From contig CAWEHG010000034.1 in assembly GCA_963808715.1 (NCBI GenBank), positions 35,909 to 99,908 on the forward strand: 64,000 bases of DNA. Direction: 5' to 3'. Positions 19,984 through 30,146 of this stretch are shown here, one piece after another; the stretch's first letter is position 1, and every line of letters starts with the position of its first letter. The translations under genes and the position numbers were made by a program. The DNA is from Ignavibacteriota bacterium. GTDB taxonomy: Bacteria > Bacteroidota > Ignavibacteria > UBA10030 > UBA6906. The notes under the pieces were generated by a model that saw only the letters and a program-made list of their open reading frames with translations, was not told the origin of the DNA and searched no databases.

Positions 19984-20421
19984 CGCGCTCGTTCTCGGTC
20001 TTCATGGACGCTCTTCACGCATTGGGGTTGGCCGTTTCCTGACCTCTCCTGCATCATGCCCGAAGAAGCTGCGGCAGATCCCGCTGACGACGAGGTCCAC
20101 GTGCCGCGGGGCGAGAACGAGCGCGCACGACGCATCATCTTCTTGCCCGAAAAGGTTCTGATCAGAATCATCTTGCTTCTTTAGGCGAACTGCCACATAT
20201 TCACACAGGCAGGCCTCCGGCGCTTTCGGACGTGACCGACACGAGGACACCGCAACACTGCGGGACCTGTTGTCGTTTCTCTGAGCGCCCCTTCTGACGT
20301 GCACATCCGTTCAATTGTGTGAATCCGGTCCGCCGTCCGGGCCTTGCACCCTGCGCTATCGTTTCGCCATGTCGGGGCAGAGGCAAACACCCCCCCTTTC
20401 ACCTGATCGATCGCTGTTCGT

Positions 20422-22497
20422 ATGAAACTCACACTCGCGTTCATCGGCCTTTTAATGGTGTTGGCGATTCCCCCGGTTCGCTCCCAGGGGATCACCGCCC
20501 TCTCCAAACCAGCAGGAGACGACAACACGAAGTACACCAGCGTCGGCAACATCGCCATCACGATCACGAACTTCGGCACTCTCGGGCACGGCTTCCGTCT
20601 GTGGCCACAGCAACCCTCGTTTCAGTATCCGCGCGGATCGGGGATCGAGCACATGTTCATTGGCGGCATCTGGATCGGGGCGTATCATCCTTCGAACGGC
20701 ATCCGCGTCAGTACCGCCGCGGTGGACGTCTCCTCGCTCCGTCCCGGAGCCGCAGAGGGATTTGAGTTCACCACCGGGATCGACTCCCGGGTCGTCGAGC
20801 GCTCGACATTGCCGGACAATCGATTCTATCTGCCCGGCGCTGTCAGCCATCAGGACTTTGTCGCAGATTTCACGGACACGAACACCGTCAATCCAAATCA
20901 GAACAACGAGCCGATCCCCAACCATGCGCCGCTTGGCGTGAACGTGCACATGGAGACGTACGCGTTCAACTATGCCTTCGCCGACAACTTTGTCATTCTC
21001 AATTACTGGATCAAGAACAACAACTTCTTCCCGCTGGACAGCGTATACGTGGCATTGTGGGCGGACATTGTGGTCCGGAACACGATCGTTTCTCCCCCTA
21101 CCGGCGGCACGTCGTTTTTCAACAAGGGGGGCCTCGGCTATATCGACTCACTAAACGTCGCCTACGGATTCGACTTCAACGGGGACAACGGGCTCGCCGA
21201 TACGTACGGGGCCATGAAGTTCCTCGGATCGACGCCCTTCCGGCATACCACGACCTACCAGACCTGGCAGTTCCGGAATTCGACCGACCCGGTGTTCTTC
21301 TCCCCGGCGAACGACGCTGACAAGTTCACCAAGATGTCCAGCGGGCTTCTCCCCTCACAGATCGCGGCGGTCACCTTCCCGATCAACAACATGACGATGA
21401 TCACCGCGGGCCCATACTCGCGCATTCCCGCCCGGGATTCGATCAATGTCGTGTTCGCCCTGATGGCCGCGAAGATGGTGAACTGGTCGATGCAGGATTC
21501 GAAGAACAACCCCGATATCCCGGAGAACCGCACCAATCTCTACCTGGCGTGCAAGTGGGCACAGCGCACGTACGACGGAGAGGACAAGAACGGGAACGGC
21601 ATTCAGGATTCGGGAGAGGTGTGGACGGGACCAATCATTCATGGCGAACAGATGCCGAAACGATTCTTCCTGCCGGCTCCTCCGAATGCTCCTCATGTGA
21701 AGGTCGTGCCGGGCGATCAGACGATCGACATCTATTGGGACCGTAATGCCGAGGCCTCCATCGATCCGATCTCCAATGTGCCGGATTTTGAGGGATATCG
21801 CATTTACGGCACGAATGTCGGATTCGACCTCACCGTTTCCCAGGATATCCTTGCAGGGATGAATACGCTCGGAGACTTCGACCGGAAAGACGACGATATA
21901 GGATACAACACCGGCTTTGGTGCGATCAGGCTGGCCCAACCCGTACAGTTCCCGCCAGACACCACGCACTATGCATACAAGTTCACCATGCCGGGCGTAT
22001 TGAACGGCTGGCAGTACGGGGTCGCCGTGACCGCGTACGACTCAGGCGACGCATCGATCGGGCTGGAAAGCCTTGAAAGCAGCCGGCTCCAGACTCTTGC
22101 ACGGGTGTTCCCGGGCACGCCCCCCTCCACCTCGACCAAGAACCCTGTTGGCGTGTATCCGAATCCGTACTACGCGAACGCGTACTGGGATGGAGCCCGG
22201 GAACGGCTGCGCAAACTCTATTTCCGGAATCTCCCCGCCCACGCCGAAGTGCGCATCTATACGATCACCGGCGATCTCGTTGACGCATTCACCCACGATG
22301 CGGAGACCTATACGGGGAGCGAGATCCAGTGGTTTCAAACCTTCTCCGACGGGACCCAGCGATTCGCCGGAGGCGAGCATGCCTGGGACCTCATCTCAGC
22401 CAAAGACCAGGCCATCGCAACAGGTCTCTACCTCTTCACAGTGAAGGATCTCTCCTCGGGAGAGACTCAGCGGGGGAAATTCCTTGTGGTCAAATAG
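20422..22497 (+). CDS. Secreted protein with a signal peptide and a T9SS C-terminal sorting domain (function unknown)
   Basis: N-terminus MKLTLAFIGLLMVLAIPPVRSQG. The C-terminal roughly 90 aa (VGVYPNPYYAN...VRIYTITGDLV...GLYLFTVKD...RGKFLVVK) have the type-A T9SS CTD pattern. Confidence 0.6.
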   Translation: MKLTLAFIGLLMVLAIPPVRSQGITALSKPAGDDNTKYTSVGNIAITITNFGTLGHGFRLWPQQPSFQYPRGSGIEHMFIGGIWIGAYHPSNGIRVSTAAVDVSSLRPGAAEGFEFTTGIDSRVVERSTLPDNRFYLPGAVSHQDFVADFTDTNTVNPNQNNEPIPNHAPLGVNVHMETYAFNYAFADNFVILNYWIKNNNFFPLDSVYVALWADIVVRNTIVSPPTGGTSFFNKGGLGYIDSLNVAYGFDFNGDNGLADTYGAMKFLGSTPFRHTTTYQTWQFRNSTDPVFFSPANDADKFTKMSSGLLPSQIAAVTFPINNMTMITAGPYSRIPARDSINVVFALMAAKMVNWSMQDSKNNPDIPENRTNLYLACKWAQRTYDGEDKNGNGIQDSGEVWTGPIIHGEQMPKRFFLPAPPNAPHVKVVPGDQTIDIYWDRNAEASIDPISNVPDFEGYRIYGTNVGFDLTVSQDILAGMNTLGDFDRKDDDIGYNTGFGAIRLAQPVQFPPDTTHYAYKFTMPGVLNGWQYGVAVTAYDSGDASIGLESLESSRLQTLARVFPGTPPSTSTKNPVGVYPNPYYANAYWDGARERLRKLYFRNLPAHAEVRIYTITGDLVDAFTHDAETYTGSEIQWFQTFSDGTQRFAGGEHAWDLISAKDQAIATGLYLFTVKDLSSGETQRGKFLVVK

Positions 22498-22566
22498 TAT
22501 CAGGTGATACTAACCTAAAATGAGTGGTGCCGTACTCAGTCAATCTCGTCATAACTGGAGGTCATC

Positions 22567-24918
22567 ATGAACCCTCGATGGATATTGAGTGCCGTAGTAA
22601 TCCTGCTGCTGGCCGGCGCACTGACCGCGCAGGCACAACTGCCACCCTACGCGAAGGTTGTATCGCTATCCCAGTTGCAGGCTGTTTCACGGGATTCATT
22701 GCTGAAGCTGGACACCCTTCAGAGTGCGACCGCCGGCAGAGCTCTCGATGACAGCTGGTACTGGCACGGCGGGGACGCGAACGCCGACACGGTCGCGATG
22801 ACCGGCGTGGTCATCGTAGCCCCCCGTACGCTGACGTACACGCTTGCGCGGTTCAACATCTTCATCCAGGATTCGACGGGCCGGATGACAGGATTGAACG
22901 TCCTGACCGACGACACGCTTGCCGCGGCGAAATCCACCGGGATCACAGCCCTGGATACGGGCATGGTGGTGACGATCGTCGGGAGGGTCACCGAGTTCGG
23001 AAGCGCGAACAACTCCCTCAGCGAAGCATTCGCCTACAAGTCTGGTTTCTTCACTGCCGTTACGCCGATTCAGATTCTCGGATACTGGGACAACGCCACG
23101 TTCGCGCGTCCGGCGCCGATCCCCGTGACCGTCGACAGCTTTGCTGCGGGCACCAAACCCATGCCGTCCCGGGGTGAAAGGTACGAAGGCACCTACGTAA
23201 AGATCTCGAACGTGACCGTCGTTTCCCTGAACACCAGCTCCGGAGCCTTCACGTTCCAGGATTCTCTCGGCAATCAGATGTCCATGTACGACGGTTCCGG
23301 ATGGTATACCTACCGCGGTCACAAACTCAGCGGTTCGAGATACTCCGCCCCTCCCGTCGGCACCAAGTTGAAGTACATCCAGGGAGTCATCATTCCACAG
23401 TCGAAGTCAGGGACGTGCGGCGACTACCAGATCATGCCGCTCTACCCGGGGCCAAAGGAACAGACCGGCTCGAAGTATGCGGGCGATATCGCCATCGACA
23501 GGTTTGCACCGTCGATCACGACGATCCGCCGCACGCCAACGCCTCCGCACACCACGGATGCGGTCACCGTGTCGTGGCAGGCGAAGGACCTGAACACGAG
23601 CGGACAGGTTGACAGCACCTTCCTGAATTACAGACTCCAACAATCCGGAGCATGGGTATCCGTGAAGGCACCGGCTCCGACGTTTGCCGGGGCCGACACG
23701 CTCTACAAAGTCGTGATCCCGCCGGGGGCGAAGGACAGTATCGTGAGCTACTACGTCTCCGCCTATGCCGGAGGGATCTATGGCACAAGCCCTGACCCGA
23801 CAATTCCGAACTACTATCGCGTCAAAGACACCGACTATTCGATCTATGATATTCAGTACACGCCGTTCACCAACGGCGTGCCGGGATTCTCGTTCGACAC
23901 CCTGACCGTACGCGGCACCATCACTTCAGACACGTCCTCCATCAAGGAGTTCCCGACCAGCGGCGCCCAATCCGGCCGTCCATCACTGTGGCTGCAATCC
24001 GGAACCGGCGGCTGGAACGGCGTCTGCATCTGGGGCGCTTCTGCCGCGGTGGGCATCGACACACTCCGGGTCGGCGACAGCGTCTCTGTGACCGGTGTCG
24101 TCTACGATTACAATGGACGCACGGTCCTCAAGGCAACGGCCTACACGATGATCCGACGCGGAGTGACGTTGCCGGCACCGAACCCCGTCAGCATCAGCGG
24201 CAGCGGATCACTGAGCTACCAGTTGAGTAATCCGCCGGTAAGCGGAGCCTCGCCCTTCGAACAATGGGAGGGAACGCTGATCCAGATCACCAATCCGTAC
24301 CTGATGCAACGCAATTCGGATGATGCGACCAATGGAAGCAACTCCTGTTTTGGCGAATTCTTCATCAGTTCGGCGAATACGGGTAGCAGCTCCACGTTCG
24401 GCCTGCGTGTCAACGACAATGGCATCAACGAATTCTACGCGGACACGAACGCGTACTATCGTTCGACCAGATACGGCCTCGATCATCCGCAAACGCCGAA
24501 CTTGAAGAAGACGCTGATCAGGCTCGGGCAGCGAATCTCGTACCTGCGTGGCATTCTCGACTACTCCTTCAGCAACTACAAGCTGGAACCCAGAACGAAC
24601 GCGGACTTCGGCACGATCACCTCCGTTCTTTTCGAGGATCCGACCGCGGTTGTCCGGTCGTACGAACTGTCGCAGAACTATCCGAATCCATTCAATCCGA
24701 CAACCACCATCCGATACGCGGTTCCCGTCGGCAGTCACGTCGAATTGAAGGTCTTCAATGCGCTCGGCCAGGTGGTCGAGACCCTTGTCGATCAGGAGCA
24801 AAAGGCCGGGGCGTACGTGGTCTCCTTTGATGCCTCCCGGCTTGCCACTGGCGTATACTTCTACGCATTGCGGTCCGGCGATTTCCGGACCGTGAAGAAG
24901 ATGCTTCTCGTGAAGTGA
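22567..24918 (+). CDS. Large secreted protein with a signal peptide and a canonical T9SS type-A C-terminal sorting domain
   Basis: C-terminus SQNYPNPFNPTTTIRYAVPVGSHVELKVFNALGQVVETLVD...TGVYFYALRSGDFRTVKKMLLVK. Confidence 0.7.
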   Translation: MNPRWILSAVVILLLAGALTAQAQLPPYAKVVSLSQLQAVSRDSLLKLDTLQSATAGRALDDSWYWHGGDANADTVAMTGVVIVAPRTLTYTLARFNIFIQDSTGRMTGLNVLTDDTLAAAKSTGITALDTGMVVTIVGRVTEFGSANNSLSEAFAYKSGFFTAVTPIQILGYWDNATFARPAPIPVTVDSFAAGTKPMPSRGERYEGTYVKISNVTVVSLNTSSGAFTFQDSLGNQMSMYDGSGWYTYRGHKLSGSRYSAPPVGTKLKYIQGVIIPQSKSGTCGDYQIMPLYPGPKEQTGSKYAGDIAIDRFAPSITTIRRTPTPPHTTDAVTVSWQAKDLNTSGQVDSTFLNYRLQQSGAWVSVKAPAPTFAGADTLYKVVIPPGAKDSIVSYYVSAYAGGIYGTSPDPTIPNYYRVKDTDYSIYDIQYTPFTNGVPGFSFDTLTVRGTITSDTSSIKEFPTSGAQSGRPSLWLQSGTGGWNGVCIWGASAAVGIDTLRVGDSVSVTGVVYDYNGRTVLKATAYTMIRRGVTLPAPNPVSISGSGSLSYQLSNPPVSGASPFEQWEGTLIQITNPYLMQRNSDDATNGSNSCFGEFFISSANTGSSSTFGLRVNDNGINEFYADTNAYYRSTRYGLDHPQTPNLKKTLIRLGQRISYLRGILDYSFSNYKLEPRTNADFGTITSVLFEDPTAVVRSYELSQNYPNPFNPTTTIRYAVPVGSHVELKVFNALGQVVETLVDQEQKAGAYVVSFDASRLATGVYFYALRSGDFRTVKKMLLVK

Positions 24919-24928
24919 TTGCTGTCCG

Positions 24929-24966
24929 CCGGGAGGAGGGTGCCCCTCCTCCCCGGACCTTTTCGC
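24929..24966 (+). terminator. Intrinsic terminator: hairpin ccGGGAGGAGGGtgcCCCTCCTCCCcgg followed by a CTTTTC run
   Basis: Seen directly, 11 bp after the stop at 24918. Confidence 0.5.
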
Positions 24967-24970
24967 AAGG

Positions 24971-26359
24971 ATGCCTGTGCGCCCCAGCTCTCTCGTCTTC
25001 CTCGTGGTCGTGGTGATGGCGCTTGGATGTTCGGACCATCTCACCGACCAGCCGCTCCCGGACCTGCCGCCCGAGACCTTTGTCGCGCTGCGGCCGGACG
25101 GGACGATGCGTGCCACTGTGAGTGTTCAGCACATACAGTGGTGGGCCGTCGATCCCGACGGATTTGTCGCCGAGTATCTCTGGTCTTTTGACAGCCTGAG
25201 ATGGTCGTCTACAACGAAGAACGACAGTCTCTTTGCGCTGAGTTTGAACGGGCTGGACACGACGTACTCGTTCTTCGTAAAAGCAGTCGACAACGCGGGG
25301 AACATTGATCCGACGCCGGCCTCGATCCGTTACCCGATCAAGAATTCCCCGCCAACGATCTCTTTCGTGCTGAATTCTGATGTGCCGGAGTCCACGTTCA
25401 CCGTCGCGTCATTCCAATGGACGGTCCGGGACATTGACGGAGACGCGTCGATCCAGAGCGTCTACTACGCGGTGGACGATACGCTCAACCCGTCCTCCTG
25501 GCACCGGCTCACCGGCACATCACGGTTGGTGACGCTCCGGAAGTCCGACGGCCTGACCGAAGGCAACCATGTGTTCTACGCGCGAGCTCAGGATGTCGCG
25601 GGAGTGTTCAGCACCACCGTCCGCATGCCGCGGGACACCACCAGGCGCTGGTATGTCAGGGAACCCCGGGGAGACTTCCTGGTCGTCGACGACTATGGCC
25701 CGCTGGATGGAGCCCAGGCCTTCTATTCCGGAGTGTTCGACACGTTGATGAACGGCCGGCTGCGCATACGGGACATCTTTGACATCAAGCTGGGAGCAAC
25801 GAGCTCTTCGCGAGGGAAGCTCGTCCCCCCGCTCGTGAATCCCGATTTTGTCGAAACCTTGAGGCTGTTCAAGTACGTGCTGTGGTACGGCGACAACTCG
25901 CCAAGCCTGGACATCGGTCAGGTCTCGCTACCTGAATTCCTGAAATCGGGCGGCAAGGTCCTGTTCACGACAGGGTTTCCCGATGGGCCGCTGGACCTCA
26001 CGGGGCTGGTCCCGTTCGCTCCGATCGACAACGTGGAACCGTCTCGTATCGCCCCCATCCTGCTTCCGAGGGACACTCTCGTATCACTCGATCCTTCATA
26101 TCCGGCACTTCTGCGGGACGATGCGTTCGCGATCTACACGTTCCCCCGCGGGCTCCTGCCGAAAGTGAATGCGCGCCCGCTCTACAGGATGGCGGTCATT
26201 CCTCCCCGACTGGCGGGGAACCATATCATGGGCGTGAAAGATGCCGACCAGGCCAGCTTCGTGCTGATCTCCGGGTTTCTTCACCGGTTTGGCACGCCGC
26301 CGGACAACGCTGCGGCGTTTTTCCGAAGAGTCTTCAAAGGTGAATTCGGAGTACAGTGA
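24971..26359 (+). CDS. Lipoprotein of unknown function (lipobox MALGCS)
   Basis: A signal peptide ending LGC, then a predicted beta-rich secreted domain. First gene of the four-gene co-directional cluster. Confidence 0.55.
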   Translation: MPVRPSSLVFLVVVVMALGCSDHLTDQPLPDLPPETFVALRPDGTMRATVSVQHIQWWAVDPDGFVAEYLWSFDSLRWSSTTKNDSLFALSLNGLDTTYSFFVKAVDNAGNIDPTPASIRYPIKNSPPTISFVLNSDVPESTFTVASFQWTVRDIDGDASIQSVYYAVDDTLNPSSWHRLTGTSRLVTLRKSDGLTEGNHVFYARAQDVAGVFSTTVRMPRDTTRRWYVREPRGDFLVVDDYGPLDGAQAFYSGVFDTLMNGRLRIRDIFDIKLGATSSSRGKLVPPLVNPDFVETLRLFKYVLWYGDNSPSLDIGQVSLPEFLKSGGKVLFTTGFPDGPLDLTGLVPFAPIDNVEPSRIAPILLPRDTLVSLDPSYPALLRDDAFAIYTFPRGLLPKVNARPLYRMAVIPPRLAGNHIMGVKDADQASFVLISGFLHRFGTPPDNAAAFFRRVFKGEFGVQ

Positions 26360-29160
26360 TGCGTACACCTCGGATCATCTGGCGGACAAGTCTTCTGCTC
26401 TTCCTCTGCTGGTCGACGACCCTATCGCAGGAACGGGGGACGATCAAGGGAAGGGTGTTCGACAACGTCACCAGAGACGGTCTCCCCGTCGTGAACGTGA
26501 AGGTGAAGGGGACCTACTACGGCGCCGCGACCGACGTCAACGGCAACTTCATGATCCCGAACGTGGCCCCTGGCAGCTACACGCTGGAGTTCACGATCGT
26601 GGGACACACCACTGTGCAGCGGACCGACGTCCGGGTACAGTCCGGACAAACGACGACGATCAACCAGGGATTGAACGAAACGGTCCTCTCGCTCGGCCAG
26701 GAAGTCATCGTCGTGGGCGAAAGACCCCTGTTCAACCTCGAAGAGACCTCGAGCAAGCGGTCAGTCAACGCTGAGGATCTGAAGGCGACAGCAATTGTGG
26801 ATGTGACCGGGATCGTCAGCCAGCAGGTCGGCGTGGTGCAGACGGACAACGAGATCCATATTCGGGGCGGGCGGTCGAACGAGAACGCCTATCTTCTTGA
26901 CGGAGTCTCCATTCAGGATCCGCTGGCGGGGACCGGGTTCGGGCTGCAACTCAGCGCTGAGGCCATTCAGGATCTCCAGGTCATCACCGGCGGCTATAAT
27001 GCCGAGTATGGCCAGGCGACCTCCGGCGTGGTCAACGTGTCGGTGAAGGACGGCGGTCCAGTCTACAGCGGCAGTCTTGCGGCCAAACATGATGTCGGAG
27101 GAGAGAATTCTTTCTTTCGGGGATTCGGAGGCGAAAGCTACGAGCTCACTCTCGGGGGCCCCGAGCCGATCACGACCTATCTCCTCCCCGCCCTGGGTAT
27201 CACCGGGATCGGGGACGTGACCTTCTTTACGAATCTTTACGGAGGATTCTCGAACGGCTTCTACGGACATCAGGCGCGCCAGGTCAATTCCTCGACATTC
27301 TACGGTACCCGTTTCGCGCCCAAGCAGGAGAACAACTGGTTCTGGCTTGCGAAACTGACGTGGCGCCCCACGCCCCTGTTTCGGGTGACCTACTCCTTCA
27401 ATCAGTCCGTGACCATCAACCAGAACTCCCAATCCCTCCAGACGAACCTCGAATATGTGGAGCCGAGTCCTGGCTATCAATACGATTTCCAGAACATCCT
27501 GGACAGTGCGAATACGTACACGCACAACAACCAATTGCACACGATCGGCATCACGCACACCCTTTCGAACACGACGTTCTACGAGCTCAAGTGGTCTCGA
27601 TTCTACACCAATCTCCGCACCGATGCCAACGGGAAGGACTACGCGCAGTATCGGGAGCCGAAGGACATCGTCAGGTTTCCCATTGAGTACTACGATCGGG
27701 GAGGGGGCAACATCGGCGTCATTCCGGGCGACGGATTGTACGACCTCGGGAATGGATTCACGTGGCATGACCATTTTGTGATCGAGAATGGACTGAAATT
27801 CGATCTGACACATGCCTTTTCGGACCAGAACAGGTTCAAGGCGGGCTTCGACGCGACATTTCAGCAGATGCAGAACATTGACATCTATCAGCCCTGGGCG
27901 GGGACGCTGGGTCTCAACAACGATGTGTACGAGGTCTATCCCGCCTTCGGCAGCATCTACGCGCAGGACAATATCACGTTCAGCGGAATGATCCTGAATG
28001 TTGGCCTGCGGTTCGACTACTGGTTCCCGGGGGATCTGGTCGACCAGGCCGTACAGGATACGAATGTCATCACCATCCCTCCAGAGGTCCGGAAGGACTA
28101 CATGGAAAACACGTATTCCTTTTTCGGCCACCGGTGGAAAGGGCGGATCAGCCCACGGCTCGGCATCTCTCATCCGATCTCCGACAATCAGATGCTGTTT
28201 CTCTCGTACGGGCACTTCTCCAAACGCCCGAAACCGCAATTCGTCTATGCAAAGCTGACTCCGGCGGCTTCACAGTCGACCTTTCAGAAGTTCGGCAATC
28301 CGGATCTGGACCCGGAAACGACGGTCGCCTACGAACTCGGGATCCAGAATCAGTTCTCGAACAACGACGTCCTGACCGTCACGCTCTACTACAGGGATAT
28401 CTTCGACTATGTGGCAACAAAACAGGCGAAGATCACGACTTCGCGCCTGAGCACCTCAGGCTATATCACCTATATCAATCAGGATTATGCGCGGGCGCGT
28501 GGGATCGAAGTGGAGTACCGCAAGCGGGTGGGCAGGTGGTTCCGCGGCCAGTGGTCCGGATCGTATTCCGTGACGACGGGTAAAAGTTCGACCGCCGACC
28601 AGGCAGTGCTGGTAGCGCGCGGACTCGAAGACGAGACCATCAAGGAGAACTACGTCCAGTGGGACCGGCCGTGGCAGTTCAACATGGCCATGACCTTCAG
28701 CGTTCCGAAGGGGGAAGCAACGTTCGCAGCCGGAGCATTCGACGATCTCTCACTCTATGTCCGGATGTTCTATCAATCCGGGAAACGATATTCTCCGTAC
28801 GTATTCGACGGCAATTCTCCGACAACCGGCCGCCCGATCTACGTGGTGGATCCGGAGAATCTCCTGGCGGAAACGGGAAGGGACTGGTTCTGGATCGACA
28901 TGAACCTTGAGAAGTCCTTCGATGTTCTGGGCGTGACCTTTGTCGCGTCCGCACAGGTGAAGAACCTCCTCAATACACAGAACTCGGCGATCATCAATCC
29001 CGTGACCGGGCGCGCGTACGAAGACGGCGATAATGTTCCATACAGCTGGAATGATCCCCGGTACCCGCAGCTGCAGGCTCCGGTCTCTCCGTACCCGTAC
29101 AATCCGGCGCGCTACCTGACGCCGCGCACGATGATCCTTGGCTTGACCGCGAGATTCTGA
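26356..29160 (+). CDS. TonB-dependent outer-membrane receptor, SusC/RagA-like (carboxypeptidase-regulatory-like N-domain + plug + 22-strand barrel)
   Basis: The N-terminus IKGRVFD...TDVNGNFMI...GSYTLEF is a CarbopepD_reg domain. Plug motifs IHIRGGRSNENAYLLDGVSIQDP, and the barrel ends in ...GLTARF. Confidence 0.8.
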   Translation: MMRTPRIIWRTSLLLFLCWSTTLSQERGTIKGRVFDNVTRDGLPVVNVKVKGTYYGAATDVNGNFMIPNVAPGSYTLEFTIVGHTTVQRTDVRVQSGQTTTINQGLNETVLSLGQEVIVVGERPLFNLEETSSKRSVNAEDLKATAIVDVTGIVSQQVGVVQTDNEIHIRGGRSNENAYLLDGVSIQDPLAGTGFGLQLSAEAIQDLQVITGGYNAEYGQATSGVVNVSVKDGGPVYSGSLAAKHDVGGENSFFRGFGGESYELTLGGPEPITTYLLPALGITGIGDVTFFTNLYGGFSNGFYGHQARQVNSSTFYGTRFAPKQENNWFWLAKLTWRPTPLFRVTYSFNQSVTINQNSQSLQTNLEYVEPSPGYQYDFQNILDSANTYTHNNQLHTIGITHTLSNTTFYELKWSRFYTNLRTDANGKDYAQYREPKDIVRFPIEYYDRGGGNIGVIPGDGLYDLGNGFTWHDHFVIENGLKFDLTHAFSDQNRFKAGFDATFQQMQNIDIYQPWAGTLGLNNDVYEVYPAFGSIYAQDNITFSGMILNVGLRFDYWFPGDLVDQAVQDTNVITIPPEVRKDYMENTYSFFGHRWKGRISPRLGISHPISDNQMLFLSYGHFSKRPKPQFVYAKLTPAASQSTFQKFGNPDLDPETTVAYELGIQNQFSNNDVLTVTLYYRDIFDYVATKQAKITTSRLSTSGYITYINQDYARARGIEVEYRKRVGRWFRGQWSGSYSVTTGKSSTADQAVLVARGLEDETIKENYVQWDRPWQFNMAMTFSVPKGEATFAAGAFDDLSLYVRMFYQSGKRYSPYVFDGNSPTTGRPIYVVDPENLLAETGRDWFWIDMNLEKSFDVLGVTFVASAQVKNLLNTQNSAIINPVTGRAYEDGDNVPYSWNDPRYPQLQAPVSPYPYNPARYLTPRTMILGLTARF

Positions 29161-30146
29161 TGACTCCACGAAATGCCTTCGTTCTGATCCTGATCCTGAG
29201 CTTCGCCGCGCGTCCTGCCGCGTCGCAGTTGCTCCCGATCCTGGGCGCCCAGCGCACGGGGACCGCCGCCGCCGTGTTCCTCAAGATCGGCGTTGGGGCG
29301 CGGGCAGCGGGCATGGGGGAGAGCTTCGTGGCCGTGGCCAACGACGCATCAGCGCTGTACCACAATCCCGCCGGCATTCTTCAATTCCCCGAGACACAGG
29401 TGCTGCTGTCGCATGCCAACTGGCTCGTCGATTTGAAGCACCAATTCGCCGGCGCAGTCTACCACATCACCCCGGATGACGCCCTCGGCCTCTCGGTGAC
29501 GGCGCTGCATACGGATGACATGAAGGTCACCACCGAAGCGCGCCCGGACGGCACTGGCGAGTATTTCCGCTACGGCGATCTTGCGCTCGGCCTCACGTAT
29601 GCACGGCGAATGACGGAGCAATTCGGCGTCGGCGTTACGGTCCGTTACCTGGACGAAACGCTCGCGTCAGTGCACATGCGCGGCGTGCTCGTCGATCTTG
29701 GCACGTACTACTGGACAGGCCTGGGCACAAGCCGCTTTTCCGCTGTGGTCTCGAATTTCGGCAACCAACTGACCCCAACGGGCACCGCGGAACCCTGGGG
29801 GAGCACGCCGGTCACGTCATTCCAGACGTTTCCACCGCCGACGATGTTCAAGCTCGGCTTTGCCTGGGAACCCGTGAAGAACGAGACGCACGTTTTAACG
29901 ACGTCCGCCCAGCTTAACCATCCGAACGACAACTCGGAGAGTCTCGCGTTCGGCCTGGAATACGGTTGGCAGAGCACGGTCTACCTACGCGCCGGATACA
30001 AGCTCAATGTCGAGGAAGAGGGTTTGACCCTGGGGGCAGGGGTTGAAGCGGACCTGGGCACGCTGGCGCTCGCCGTGGACTACGCGTACGCCTCTTTCAC
30101 AAATCTTGGCCTCGTCCAACGGATCTCGTTGTTAATGAAACTATGA
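29160..30146 (+). CDS. PorV/PorQ-like (FadL-like) outer-membrane beta-barrel protein
   Basis: The N-terminal motif FLKIGVGARAAGMGESFVAVANDASALYHNPAGI is characteristic of the PorV/PorQ/UPF0164 family. Size (about 330 aa) and beta-rich composition fit. The start overlaps the TBDR stop (ATGA). Confidence 0.5.
   Translation: MTPRNAFVLILILSFAARPAASQLLPILGAQRTGTAAAVFLKIGVGARAAGMGESFVAVANDASALYHNPAGILQFPETQVLLSHANWLVDLKHQFAGAVYHITPDDALGLSVTALHTDDMKVTTEARPDGTGEYFRYGDLALGLTYARRMTEQFGVGVTVRYLDETLASVHMRGVLVDLGTYYWTGLGTSRFSAVVSNFGNQLTPTGTAEPWGSTPVTSFQTFPPPTMFKLGFAWEPVKNETHVLTTSAQLNHPNDNSESLAFGLEYGWQSTVYLRAGYKLNVEEEGLTLGAGVEADLGTLALAVDYAYASFTNLGLVQRISLLMKL

Noticed and set aside
19817-20304. Minus-strand ORFs 19817..20005, 19851..20171 and 20002..20304 in the long intergenic gap
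   Set aside because: Mutually overlapping, compositionally biased, no motifs, no RBS context. The only recognisable signal is the short NHL fragment, in a different frame.
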